From positions 78,058,001-78,122,000 of the forward strand of contig OX597817.1 in assembly GCA_951406725.2 (NCBI GenBank): DNA of 64,000 bases, read 5' to 3'. Positions 1 to 12,528 of the stretch are shown here, piece by piece. Under the pieces are notes generated by a model. The model had not been told where the DNA came from. It searched no databases and was given only the letters and a program-made list of their open reading frames with translations. Source of the DNA: Octopus vulgaris (Eukaryota). Numbering within the stretch: position 1 is the stretch's first letter; each line of letters opens with the position of its first letter. Position numbers and translations under genes: made by a program.

Positions 1-80
1 AAATGTTGGCATGAGTAATATTGAGACATAGATGCCCTTTCTGTCACATATACTTTTCTGTTTTCAAGCAAGAAATCTTT

Positions 81-430
81 TATTACCTTTGCCTTAGCAA
101 AGGCGGAAGTATTGTTTTCAGTCATGTTTGTTTGTTTGTTTGTCTGTGGACAAGATATCTCAAGAACCGCTGGATGGATTCAGATGAAACTTTCAGGGAT
201 GTTTGGCCTCATGACTGGCACAAACTTACTAGATTTCGGAATCAATCTGATTCTGGACAAGGATTCTAGATTATTTTCCCGTTTTTTTTCTTTTTTTATT
301 TAATTTTTGAGATTGGTCAAGTTCATTTTTAGTAATCTTGTTTGTGAGAGCAGTTGAGTTTATTTCAGATATTCTCATTAAAAAAAAACATCTTTGGCTA
401 ATTGTTGAGAGGACGTTGGTATTGCTCTTG
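81..430 (+). mobile_element. Helentron/DINE-1-like non-autonomous element (HINE) fragment
   Basis: Starts TATTACCTTTGCC-TTAGCAAA-GGCGGAAGTA (5' palindrome) after a T-run, then (GTTT)n/GTCT microsatellite and 'GATATCTCAAGAACCGCTGGATGGATTCAGATGAAACTTTCAGG', a HINE-like layout. The 3' end is uncertain. Confidence 0.5.
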
Positions 431-469
431 CTTCAAATGTGTTTGAGAGCATGGAATGAACTGAGAATT

Positions 470-820
470 TGTTGGCTGATACAAGTACCTCTGACTGGCT
501 CCCGGTGGCATGTAAAAAGTACTATCTGAGCATGATCGATGCCAGGGCTACCTGACTGGCTCCTGTGCTAGTGCCACATAAAAAGCACCATCTGAATGTG
601 GCTGAAGCCAATACCCCCGATTGGTTCCTGTGCTGGTGACACATAGAAATCACCTACTACACCCTAGGAGTGGTTGGAATTAGGGAGAGCATCCAGCTGT
701 AGAAACATTGCCAGATCAGATTGAAGCCTGGTGCAGCTGCTGGCTCTTCAGATCTCAGTCAAAACCGTCCAACACATGCCAGTATGGAAAACGGACATTA
801 AACAATGATGATGATGATGA
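470..820 (+). mobile_element. RTE LINE 3' UTR solo tail
   Basis: Three ~60-nt units (GACTGGCTCC..GGTGGCACGTAAAAAGCACC), then GGAGTGGTTGG..CATCCAGCTGTAGAAAC..CATGCCAGTATGGAAAACGGACATTAAAC and (GAT)n. Homologous to 4120-4448. Confidence 0.8.
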
Positions 821-1083
821 AAAGTGACAACAGTAATACCACCTGAAGAGATCATCTTTCAGAGTGTGCAAATGTAATCCAATACATAGACAAACACATG
901 CATGTACATTCATATATCTTTTATTTGTTTTAGTTTTTAAATTGCAGCCCAGGGCCAACTATTTTCTTTTTAAGCCTGGTACTTAATCTATTGGTTTCTT
1001 CATGCTCCAGGCCACTCAGCTTGCAAAAACTAAGTAATCCTGTAATGGACCAGCATCCCGTCAAGGTGAGGAATATATATATA

Positions 1084-1295
1084 GGTCATTGCCAGTGCCG
1101 CCTGACTGGCTCCCATGCTGGTGACTCGTAAAATGCACCATTTGAGCATCATCATCGCCAGTGCTGCCTGACTGGCTCCCATGCTGGTGTCATCTAAAAT
1201 GCACCCATCACACTCTCAGAGTGGTTGGCATTAGAAAGGGCATCCAGCTGTAGAAATCTTGCCAGATAAGACTGGAGCCTGATACAGCCTTCTGG
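1084..1295 (+). mobile_element. RTE LINE 3' UTR fragment
   Basis: Two tandem units plus the conserved GGAGTGGTTGGCATTAGAAAGGGCATCCAGCTGTAGAAA-type block. Confidence 0.7.
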
Positions 1296-1419
1296 ACTTG
1301 TGCCACAAAGTGGAATTTTCTAAGTGCGATCCCAAGGTCATTCATAACTGAAGGGGGTCTTTAACTTCTTTTCTTTTTTTACAAATATTTAATTGATCCT
1401 TTAGTATTCAGATTATTTA

Positions 1420-1650
1420 AGCATGGTTAATGCTAGTACCACCTGACTGGCCCTCATACTGGTGTCACGTAAAAAGCACCCACTACACTCTTGGAGTGGT
1501 TGGTATTAGAAAGGGTATCCAGCTGTAGATATCTTACCAGATCAGATTGGAGCCTGGTACAACCTTCCGGCTTGCCAGTCCACAGTCAAATCATCCAACC
1601 CATGCCATCATGGAAAGTGGATGTTAAACAATGATGATGATAATGATGAT
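1420..1650 (+). mobile_element. RTE LINE 3' UTR solo tail
   Basis: Same family as 470-820; ends in (GAT)n. Confidence 0.75.
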
Positions 1651-2245
1651 GCCACAGAATCTAAGGAAGCAGCCTTATAAGTCTGTGGCTTTGGAGGGAC
1701 TTTGATCAATTTTGGCATGTGTGTGAGTGTATGTATATTTATGTCATTTTGACTTGACATAGCTCAATAATTGTAACTGAACGTCCCTGTCATACAAGCA
1801 ATGCCAATCGTTTTCAACATTCTGCAAGAAAATGTCTAGTCATGGAGAAATATTACCTTACTTGGAAACAGGTGAGGGTTGATAACTGGGAGGGCATCTG
1901 GCTATAGAAAATCTACACATGCTTCTTTAAAACTCCATCAAGCCCTTGCAAGCATGGTAAAGTAGACAGCCTATCTCTCTCTCTTTCTCCATATGCATAT
2001 ATATATATATATATATATATATCATGGAGAGAGAGAGAGTGAGATAGATGTACATAGTACATAAGTGCAAACATATATACTCCCACATACATTTATAAAT
2101 GCATGTGTATATAAGCATGTGTGTGAATGTGTTTGTATGTGTATGCATCTGTCTGCTTATGTTATATTTTGTCATTAATTTTGTTCCCTGCAACATTTTT
2201 ATATTTGTTACATTTTCACTTTTTCTCTTGATATTATTTATTCAG

Positions 2246-2374
2246 ATGGCCTGCTTTGTCATTCTTCACTGAGCCATTTCAGAGCACCACAGAGCAGTGT
2301 ATGGCATAACAATATCAAACCATCTGATCTGGCGCCAGTCTTAGAAAACCTAGTGTATCTCTTATCATCATCAT
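2246..2374 (+). CDS. Candidate coding exon, unknown plus-strand gene
   Basis: Acceptor ttattttattcag; open frame (D)GLLCHSSLSHFRAPQSSVWHNNIKPSDLAPVLENLVYLLSSS; donor gttggt (or stop TGA at 2389-2391). Unique sequence; no homology recognised. Confidence 0.25.
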
Positions 2375-2514
2375 GTTGGTTTGATCAGTGATATTGATGT
2401 GAGGTATAATAAAATAAATTAAAATATAATGAAATTTTGAGTTAGAAACAAACTAGCAAAATAAGTTTGATGTTTAAAATAATTGTGCGAAGGAAATTAA
2501 CAAATATACCAATG

Positions 2515-2607
2515 GGTCTATATATGCATATCTCTATATGTAAGTATATGTTTATATATGTGTATATATATGTTTATATATGTGTATATATATGTTTATA
2601 TATATGA

Positions 2608-2645
<38 letters not shown>

Positions 2646-3049
2646 CACATATAAATATAATATACATATATAAGTATTGTATATCTATATATGTATACCT
2701 TTATGTACATGTGTTTATTTGTGTGTGTGTGTATACATATATATACATATATATACATACATATATATATACATACATATATACATATATGTATACATAC
2801 ATATATATATATATGCATATATATATACATACATATATATATACATACATATATACATACATACATACATAAATATATATACATTGATATATATATATAT
2901 GCATACATATATATATATACATACATATATACATATATATATACATACATATATATACATATATATATATACATACATATATATATATATATATATACAT
3001 ATATATACATACATTTATATATAAATATATATACATACATATATATATA
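2515..3049. repeat. Compound (TA)n/(TACA)n microsatellite
   Basis: Directly visible; the source of the YI-rich pseudo-ORFs. Confidence 0.95.
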
Positions 3050-4448
3050 TCAGAACTGGAGGAGAAGTTTCAGGTGTGGAAGGAAGGATTAGAATCGAAG
3101 GGCCTTAGAGTCAACCTAGCTAAAACCAAAGTCCTAATAAGTAGGAAGGTAGACGAACCACAAACGCCTACAGGTAGATGGCCCTGCACGATCTGTAGAA
3201 AAGGCGTAGGTTGAAACTCTATATGATGTACCCAGTGTAAGCTATGGACACATAAGAAGTGCAGCAATGTCAAAGGAAGGCTAACTGGGAAGATAGTTTT
3301 TGTATGTGGCAGATGCTCAGGAGCAATAGACACTGAAAATCTGCAGAAAACAACTTCCGTCACTTTCTGGGGGGAAAAACTAGAAGTAGTTGATAGCTTC
3401 CATTATCCAGGTGACCAAGTCAGTAGTGGGGGTGGGTGTGCTGAAGGTGTAACTACTCGAGTAAGAATAGCCTGGGCAAAGTTCAGGGAGCTCTTACCTC
3501 TGCTGGTGACTAAAAGCCTCTCACTCAGAGTAAAAGGCAGACTGTATGATGTGTACAAACAGCCATGCTACATGGCAGTGAAACATGGGCTGTGACTGCT
3601 GAGGACATGCGTTAGCTTATGAGGAATGAAGCCAGTATGCTCTCCGATGGATGTGTAATGTCAGTGTACACACTTAACAGAGTGTAAGTACCTTGAGAGA
3701 AAAGCTGGACCTAAGAAGCATCAGCTGTGGTGTGCAAGAGAGACGATTGCACTGGTATGGTCATGTGGAAGAATGGATGAAGATAGGTGTGTGAAAAAGT
3801 GCCAAACCCTAGCAGTTGAGGGAGCCCGTGGAAGAGGTAGACCCAGGAAAACCTGGGATGCGGTGGTGAAGCACGACCTTCGAACTTTAGGCCTCACCGA
3901 GGCAATGACTAGAGACTGAGACCTTTGGAAGTATGCTGTACGTGAGAAGACCCGGCAGGACAAGTGAGACAATAACCTGTGGCCTCTACATGGGATGTAG
4001 CCAGTCCACTTATGCATACCTTTCCTTCTTGGGACACAAAACTCTGCTTGTCAAGACCTGTTGAGGCAAGTGAAAATCGAAATCAATCAATATCAATGGA
4101 AATTGCAGCTGTGATATCAGTGCCGGTGGTATGTAAGAGAACCATGCACGTAAAAAGCACCATCTGATCGTGGCTATTGCCAGCCTCACCTGGCCCCCGT
4201 GCCGGTGGAACGTAAAAAGCACCATCCGATCGTGGCCGTTTGCCAGCCTCGTCTGCCACGTAAAAAGCACCCATTACACTCACGGAGTGGTTGGCATTAG
4301 AAAGGGCATCCAGCCGTAGAAACATTGCCAGATCAGACTGGGCCTGGTGCAGCCTTCTGGCTTCCCAGACCCCAGTTGAACCGTCCAACCCATGCTAGCA
4401 TGGAAAGCAGATGCTAAACGATGATGATGATGATGATGATGATGATGA
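3050..4448 (+). mobile_element. 5'-truncated RTE-clade LINE (decayed RT C-terminus and 3' UTR)
   Basis: Translates as [77 protein letters not shown], with stops and frameshifts; ORF stop at 3965-3967. The 3' UTR has tandem units and a (GAT)n tail; (TA)n lies on both sides. Confidence 0.92.
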
Positions 4449-4715
4449 TATATATATATAAGTATGAGATGGTTTTCCTTTTGGCAAATAAACGCATGTA
4501 CTATGCATATATTTTTCTTCATTCGTTTAGTACTTTCTTATTTTATTATTTTAACTCATGTCCATTGTCTGGAAATTTTTTCGTCACACATCCGTGACCT
4601 CTTTAGTGGCACTTTTCATTTTCATGTGTGTTCTTGCTCCCTTTACTCCATTCTGTTCCCAAATTAATAAATATAAGTATGCATGTGTATATATATATGT
4701 ACACACACACACATA

Positions 4716-4773
<58 letters not shown>

Positions 4774-5274
4774 TATATTTATATGCATATATATATAAGT
4801 ATATATATACCTATATATATATATATATATACCATTCAACCATGGTAGTGATTGATGTTATTCTTACGTCTGCCATTTTGTCAATTGTAGTAGCTTCCAA
4901 GCTTCACTACTAATTCAGTTCTCAATAAAATTGCAAACTGTTAAAGTTTTAAAGAGGACGCCTCCTCAGCTACACTTTGGCTTAAATAGTTTGAAATTTG
5001 GTTCAGAAGAAAAAAACGTTGCATCAAAATATGTGAGACCTCAAGGTGGGAAATAAGGCAGATGTTCATCTTAAATTAACATAATTTTTTAAATTTTAAA
5101 ATAAAAGTATACTTTTCTTGGGCTTAAATGATAGAAAAACGCATGAGGAATTCAGAATCATTAGTCCCATTCAACAAAAATTAGTAGAAAAAGAGTTATG
5201 AGATAAAATGTCATGAAATGGAAAATAAGTTAGTGAGGATGTAAGTGAGAGAGTGAAGCCCAAGCAATAATTTT

Positions 5275-5650
5275 AAGAATATATTTCTAAAATGAATGTT
5301 TACATTCTAAGGCGACAATCTAACAGAAACATTAGCACACCGGGCAATATGCTTAGCAGTACTTTGTCTGTCTTTACATTCTGAGTTCAAATTCTGCCTA
5401 AGTCAGATTTGCCTTTCGTATATTTAATTTTTTTTAATTAAATATTTAATAAAGTTATTAATTAAGAATATATTTCTAAAATGAATGCTTATGTTCTAAG
5501 GTGGTGTGCTGGAAGAACTACTAGGATGCTGGATGAAATACTTAATGATATTTTGTTATCTTTATGTCCTGAGTTCAAATTCTGCTGAGGTTGACATTCC
5601 CTTTTGTACATTTAATTTTTTTAATGAAATATTTAATAAAGTTATTTTTA
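5275..5650 (+). repeat. ~189-bp tandem duplication containing SINE-B 5' halves
   Basis: AAGAATATATTTCTAAAATGAATG..TTCTAAGG..TGAGTTCAAATTCTGC..ATTTAATAAAGTTATT occurs at ~5275 and ~5464. Confidence 0.75.
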
Positions 5651-6438
5651 ATATGTTGCTGAATTAGGTTAAGCTTAACTTTTATTATTAATTTTCTCTT
5701 TCAGCTTTAATTAACTTGCTTTCTGCTTTTTTTTCTTTTTTGCTTTTCCTTTTTAGTTGCTTTCCTTTTCTTTTTAGTTAATTATTTAATCAGGCTAGTT
5801 CATTAATGTGTTATTTACTTCCGATATATGCATCTAAATTTATTGGGGCAGGAATATAGTCATTTTGGCTGAGTCTCTAAGGGCATACCTGAAGGCATGT
5901 AGTAAGGCTGTCCAGAAAAGGCATTGGTTAAAAGTGCTTGTATTCTAAATTTACTTTTTACATTTCAAAATTAATTAAAATGGATTATTCATTAATCAAA
6001 TTTATATTAATGGGATGTAAATAATTTTAACTTGTGTATATCTGATATGCTTTTATAATTACTTTTGTATTGAATAATTATTGATAGATCTAGATTAGCA
6101 GCAGTCAGTGTTATTATCACTAACTTAAAATCTAGGTTACTTAAGGTGAGCCTGGTAACTGATGGTTTTGGAGTGTTGTTGTTTGTAATTTTTGGTGAGC
6201 CATGGTGCAACCAGCATGGTAAAAATCCCTGCCATTAATTTGGTGTGGATGGGTAATATCAAATAATTCAATCACAACATATACTTAAATTAAACATGAA
6301 AAAGAATTGAAATATTATCATCACTTACATGGAAAGATTGAAATATTATCTTTCAGTGTTTTATAAGGTAAAATCTTAAATTATTAATTGATACATCATT
6401 AATTATCTTATAACAGCAATGCCTGGAAAAATCATGGA

Positions 6439-6957
6439 TTATATGGAAAAATGTGAACATGAAAAGTAATATTCTTAAGATTATAAATCTGGAAAAGTAC
6501 AGGGCAAGTTATTACACCTGTAAAAGTATAGGAGAAGCTATTACTTCTAGTAAAGTAAATAATAAGAAACATTTTACTTAAAATATTGCAGCTAAAATTA
6601 AAATTTGAATATTAAAAATTATTTTATTATAGTTTACAAATAACACTATACTTATTTAAGTAGAATTTGGCTAATTTACTACCTTAAATACAGAAAAAGT
6701 GACTAATTAGACAAACTTACAAATCAGCTGAATAGTTTTGTACAATAAATTAAAAAGATGAGAACAGTAAAGAGTAATACATTAGAAGAACTGGCATTCT
6801 TTGCTGCAATATTTTAAGTAAAATAGTTTCTTATTCTTTACTTTACTAGAAGTAATAGCTTGTCCTATACTTTTTCAAGTGTAATAGCTTGTCCTGTACT
6901 TTTCCAAGTTTATAAGCTTAAGAATATTACTTCTCATGCTCACATTTTTCCATGTAA
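6439..6957. mobile_element. MITE/fold-back element with ~155-bp terminal inverted repeats
   Basis: 6439-6592 (ATGGAAAAATGTGAACATGAAAAGTAATATTCTTAAG..AATATTGCAGC) is a near reverse complement of 6803-6957. Confidence 0.8.
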
Positions 6958-7011
6958 TATATATATATGCTTCCTGTAGACTTGACAGTCCAATGAGATT
7001 TCTATGTTGTC

Positions 7012-7226
7012 AGCTGTAGAAATGAGTTGCGACGTCACTGGTGCCAAGCTGTATCGACCTTTGTCTTTCCCTTGGATAACACTGGTGGCGTGGAGAGGGG
7101 AGGCTGGTATGCATGGGCGACTGCTGGTCTTCCATAAACAACCTTGCCCGGACTTGTGTCTAGGAGGGTAACTTTCTAGGTGCAATCCCATGGTCATTCA
7201 TGACCGAAGGGGGTCTTTACTTTACC
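7012..7226 (+). mobile_element. SINE 3' portion with (TTTAC) tail
   Basis: CAGCTGTAGAAATGAG..GGTCATTCATGACCGAAGGGGGTCTTTACTTTAC; a related fragment lies at ~1295-1365. Confidence 0.65.
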
Positions 7227-7309
7227 ATTGCTGAAATGGATAGAGAAATTCGAAGGTTTACCCAGAAATCTCTGATGGTTGTATTGAGATAAAGATGAGA
7301 CAGAACCAA

Positions 7310-8840
7310 TGGAAGCTTTGAGGCTACAGAGCTGTATTACAGTTATAGTGTATTGGCAGGTATTATACTTCATGGAAGGGTTGGCCTTTATATCAGTACA
7401 ATGTCTTACTATGACAGAGTGCAAGGAATGAACAGGAAACTGCTGATCTAGAAAGACTTGTGAGCATTGATTGAGGATCAGGGAGCCAAGAAGAGTGTTG
7501 GGATGTGGCACTAGTGAGTCAACCCCCAGCAGTGAAGTAAGTGGTTGTGTGCAAAATCTTAATGTCTAAGCTTTACCAAGTGGAGCCTCATGAGAGAAAA
7601 TTCTTATTTCAAGTAGTTTAATGATAAGTGGCTGATCTGACCAGTGTTTTTTTTTGCTTGGGAAAATTTATATTGGCAGAATTAAGGACATGACTTATTC
7701 TGGTGTGGGAAAGGATTATGTCGATGATGGTGTGTCATGGATTTTACTCATCAGGATTATTTTGAGTTGCAAATCTGATTAGTGAGAAGATCAATAGATG
7801 GTGTTTGTCCTTGTATGGGAGTTGGAGTCGCCAACTTTTCCCTATACAAAGCACATTTGTATACCCTCGGTAGCTATCCAAGTGCCCCAGGTGAAGAGAT
7901 ACTAGCACCAGTAGCATGACCAGGTTTTAATGGCTATAACAAACTCTATCTGCAGTGGGATTAGCTGTTGCTGACACCTCCACCAAATGAAGAAGATTAT
8001 CACCATTTTTCCAATCTTAGTATCAGTTGACATCAGTTGCAAAGTCCACCTCCCAAGTTTATGAGTAACAGCACAAGGCTGGAAGCTAAGAGTCAACCTA
8101 AAAAAGCAACTGAAGTTCCAAGAAACTATCACTGCAACATTACGAAGGCCAGACATAGTGTTCATCTTGGAAGTATCCAACAGCATAGTTTTGTTAGAAC
8201 TTTCCATTTCTTGGGAGGACTGCACTGAGGAGGTGAATGAGAGAAGGAGAGTGAAATATACTGAGGTGGTGGAGTTATGCTGAAACAATGGATGGCAAGC
8301 ATGATGTGATCCCATTAATGTGACATGCAGAGAGTTTGCAGGTCAGGCCCTTCTTCAGAACCTAAAACATTTTGGGATTGACAGAGACCTGTAGGTGGAA
8401 GGCCATTAACCCTTTCATTACCGTATTTATTTTGAGATGCTCTGTGTTTCTTTCAATTAATTTTAAATATAACAAAGAATTTAGTAAAATGACTTAGTTA
8501 TCATTTAGCTAGTTTTAGGAACATAAATTGTGACTAAGGTTTGGTGGAAGATTTTAATTCAAAACTTATGAAAACAAGACATTTGTACTACAGAGCCAGA
8601 GGCAGTTTCAGCTGGGTTGAAAAGGTTAAGTTGGCAAGGGAAACAACAGTGTTTGCTTTAAAGTAGCTTTGGATCAAGAAGTGTGACCTCTGAAAAGAGT
8701 AGAGCTACTAGGGTTTGTACAAACTAGACACAAAAAAAAGCTTGACCATAACTGTTTGCATCACCTTGGTGAGGATGACTGATGACTGAAAGGCCTTAAA
8801 CAGCCAATGACTGCAGAAAACATCAATGATGACGTGTCCG
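7310..8840 (+). mobile_element. Decayed R2-group (HERO-like) non-LTR retrotransposon, RLE domain and 3' UTR
   Basis: From ~8075 reads GWKLRVNLKKQLKFQETITATLRRPDIVF..LELSISWEDCTEEVNERRRVKYTEVVELC*NNGWQA*CDPINVTCREFAGQ (RPD..E..K restriction-like endonuclease). Interrupted by the MITE at 8410-8625; 5' boundary approximate. Confidence 0.75.
8410..8625. mobile_element. piggyBac-type MITE
   Basis: TTAA|CCCTTTC...GAAAAGG|TTAA (TTAA TSD at 8406-8409 and 8626-8629); second copy at 58190. Confidence 0.8.
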
Positions 8841-8849
8841 GGTGTATCA

Positions 8850-9258
8850 CAGCATGGCTGTATGGTAAGAAGCTTGCTTTTCAACCACATGATTCTGGGT
8901 TCAGCCCCACTGCCTGGCACCTTGGGCAAGTATCTTCTACTATAGCCACAGACCGATTAAAGCCTTGTGAGTGGATTTGGTAGATGGAAACTGAAAGAAG
9001 CCCAAGGTATACAGATATGTATATATTTATGTGTGTGTATGTCTTTGTGTCAATGTTTGTCACCACCATTGCTTGACAACCGATGTTTGTGTGTTTACAT
9101 CTCCGTAACTTAGCAGTTTGGCAAAATAGAGCAATAGAATAAGTACTATGCTTACAAAGAATAAGTCCTGGGGTCAAGTTCTTCAACTGAAAACCCCTTT
9201 TAGGTGGTGCTCCAATATTGCTCTAATCAAATGACTGAAACAAGTAAAAGAATAAAAA
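8850..9258 (+). mobile_element. tRNA-derived SINE family A
   Basis: A-box TGGCTGTATGGT, B-box GGGTTCAGCCC, central (TA/TG)n, 3' AAATGACTGAAACAAGTAAAAGA; more than 10 copies in the window. Confidence 0.85.
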
Positions 9259-9541
9259 AAAATGTCAGTTGTGCTATGATCTGAACTCTAGACCTCAATA
9301 TTGAATGCTTTGTGACTTTCAAGAAGAGGGGCAACAGAATTAAAATACGAAACCAATCAACCAAATTATGCATCAATACAAAATCTTTTACAATGATTTT
9401 ATCCATTTTAGAATGAAATGGAAAAAAAAAATGAAATGAAATTTGAAAAGGAAAACATTAAAAAATAATAGAAAATTAAATACAAATGAAAATGTCTGAG
9501 AAATGCAAGAAAATAAAACAAAAAAAACAAAAAAAGATTTG

Positions 9542-9645
9542 TCATAATTTCAAAGAACAATGACCAAAATCTTGAAGCAATGATTTAATTGTCTGTATGA
9601 GGCTTTCATTAGGTAAAGCCCCGGAATGTTCTGCACGAAATAAAC
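9542..9645 (-). CDS. Candidate terminal coding exon, unknown minus-strand gene
   Basis: Pyrimidine tract plus aag acceptor; (G)LFRAEHSGALPNESLIQTIKSLLQDFGHCSLKL-stop. Confidence 0.33.
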
Positions 9646-10133
9646 CTTTGCGCAAGAAAGGAAAAAAGAAATGATGGAATTGATGATGATGATGATGATG
9701 ATGATGTTGACGATGATGATGATGATGATGATGATGAAGATGATAATAATAATAATATTACTAATAATAAAGTCAACATGGAAACAGAAGAAAAAGGGAA
9801 AAAAATGCACCTAAATATTTACAGAACTCCCACACCATTGAGATGTACTCATATTTGCACAAAGTCACATAGATTCATACATACAAATTCATATATATAT
9901 ATATATATATATAGAAACATATGCACATAGAAAAAAAGACACAAAAGTAAAGCAGAACCAAAAAAACAAAAAAACAAAAATGGAATTTCTGAAATAGAAA
10001 AAATTTTAAAAATCCTTTTATAATCCGATGACTTAGAAAACAAATCCATGAGAAGTTGTCAATAGATTAAAGTTAAGAAGGAATATTAGGGAAGCAATTG
10101 AAAAGGGAATTGTGATGGTCTCAATGAAAATAC

Positions 10134-10156
10134 CTTTTGGTCTTTGATTTTTTTTA
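10134..10156 (-). CDS. Candidate 23-nt micro-exon
   Basis: tttttccttag|T AAA AAA AAT CAA AGA CCA AAA G|gtattt; phase-compatible with 20166-20300 and 9542-9645. Confidence 0.2.
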
Positions 10157-10215
10157 CTAAGGAAAAATATAAAACATTAAAAAGGAAAAAGGAAAATGCA
10201 TATACATACATATAC

Positions 10216-10247
<32 letters not shown>

Positions 10248-10310
10248 TTGTATGTGTGTGTCTATATGTGCATATATATTTGTATATATATATATGCACA
10301 TATATATATG

Positions 10311-10347
<37 letters not shown>

Positions 10348-10759
10348 GTCTATATACATATATATATGTGAGTGTGTGTGTATATATATATATATGCATA
10401 CGCACATATACACACCCTCTCATACATAATAATAGTGCAAAAAAGCATTATTTATGTTATTTTTCTTTTACACCTCTCTCTCACCCCCTGCACACAATTT
10501 TCAAATGATGTTTTGTTTACCAATTTCTTTTGAGATTTTAGGAGAAGTTATGTATTACAATTAAGCATCGTTTCAAATCACCCACACCTAAACTATTTTG
10601 CCTCTGGTGTTGACTTTGTTGCATAAATTTAAATAATAATAATAATAGAAAAAATACAAAACCAAAAATAAAAAAAAACCCCAGAAAATGTTAAACAAGA
10701 AATCCCATAACAATAAGCTCAAGAAGAACAGTGATAACGAATAATAATATAAATGAAAA

Positions 10760-11092
10760 TAATAGTGATGGTGATGGTGGTGGCAGTGGCGGTTGCAGTT
10801 GTGGTATGTAGTGCTAGTGGTGGAGGTGGGGGTGGTGGATTTGAGTTTGAGGGTGATGGTGGTTGTGGTGGTGGTCGTGGTGGTGGTGGAACTGGTGATG
10901 ATGATGATAGTGATGATGGCGATGATGATGAAGTTGATGATGATGATGATGATGGTGATGTCAGTATCAATGAAGAACATGATGGTGGCGAGAGGGATAA
11001 TGCAGTAGTGTTGATGATGATGAAGGTGGTGAGAGTGGTAATGTGGCAGTGATGATGATGATGATGATGATGATTGTGATGTTGATGGTGAT
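10760..11092. repeat. (GAT)n/(GGT)n trinucleotide repeat region
   Basis: Directly visible. Confidence 0.9.
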
Positions 11093-11478
11093 AAAAGGAC
11101 ATATATATTTTATAGTCAACAGATGGAAGAAAGAAAGAAAATGTCATTTCATTTTTTTAAGGTATTATATCTAATCTCAAGAAAATTAATAGGAGACAAA
11201 AGGTGCAGAAATTAAAAAATTAAAATATAAAAAAAACTGAAGTGCAGATGAACATGGAATTACCTATATTTCTGAGCAGAAGACATCATAATTTATGATA
11301 TGTGATTGATTTTGTTTAAACAGTAAAGGTGAAATGGTAAAACAAATTTTGGTTAATGAAATTGGAAAACAAAAAATGGTTTTTAAAAAATAATACAATT
11401 TATTTCATTTTCAGGTTAGTATCTTCTGCTATTATAGCCACATATGCTGACCAAGACCAAGTCCACTGTGTTTGCTTG

Positions 11479-11479
<1 letters not shown>

Positions 11480-11527
<48 letters not shown>

Positions 11528-11652
11528 ATGTGTTTGTCTGTGTGTGCTTGCATGCGTGTATGCATGTGTATGTGAGTGCATGCATGCATGCATGTGTGTG
11601 TGTGCATGCATACGTTTGTGTGTAGAGATACATAGATAGATAGAGAGATAGG

Positions 11653-11704
<52 letters not shown>

Positions 11705-12120
11705 CAGGCAGATAAATAGATAGATAGATAGATAAATAGGTAGACGGACAGACAGACAGATAAATGCATACATTCATACATGCATACATACATAGATGGA
11801 TGGATAGATAGATAGATAGATCGATAGATAGATAGATAGATAGAAAGATAAATAGATGAATAAATAGATAGACTGACAGACAGACAGATAAATGCATGCA
11901 TACATACATACATACATACATACATACATACATACATACATACATACATACATACATACATACATGGATGGATGGATGGATAGATAAATAGATAGATAGG
12001 TAGGTGGCTAGAAGAATGGATAGAGAGATTGATTGATAGGCAGGCAGATGGATAGATCGATAAATAGATAAATAGACAGATAGACAGACAGATAGATAGA
12101 TTGATAGATATGTATGCATA
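11480..12120. repeat. Compound (GT)n-(GATA)n-(CATA)n microsatellite
   Basis: Directly visible. Confidence 0.95.
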
Positions 12121-12528
12121 GATACAATGTGACTCCTGCTCAGTTTCATCTTGGGTATGAACTTAAATTGCAGCTAGTAGTGGGAGTCATGATATAAGAG
12201 TTCCAGGGTTTAAAGATTGTAGATCCAGCTTTTAGCTACTATTGTTCTCAATTTTATTCTAACCTAGAATAGTAGCACCTGTCAGGGTCCCAGCTTTTAG
12301 TTCATTAGCATAGGAACTACTGGGAGTGAAAGATCTCAGTTAAAACTTCCTTCAAGGAGAAGGTAAACTTTAATAAAAAGTCAAAAAGCCCTGAAATACA
12401 GTTGATTTTTGTTTGCCTGTTGTTTTATTGCTGGTTGCACTGAAAAGTGAGTGTATAGCTTATACATAGCAGAAGTGTATAGCTTATACACTTAAAGCAA
12501 ATTCATTCATAGGAATATCTTGGAAAAT

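Noticed and set aside
2552-3092. Long YI/YV/HT-rich ORFs here and at 10.1, 21, 46-47, 49-51, 59 and 61-62 kb
   Set aside because: They are translations of (TA)n/(CA)n/(TACA)n microsatellites, which lack stop codons.
10719-11147. Gly/Asp-rich and Ser/Pro-rich ORFs
   Set aside because: Produced by (GAT)/(GGT) repeats open in several frames; no splice or homology support.
11415-11460. Plus-strand exon [15 protein letters not shown]
   Set aside because: Good acceptor but weak donor (gtccac), and the phase does not fit the neighbouring candidates.
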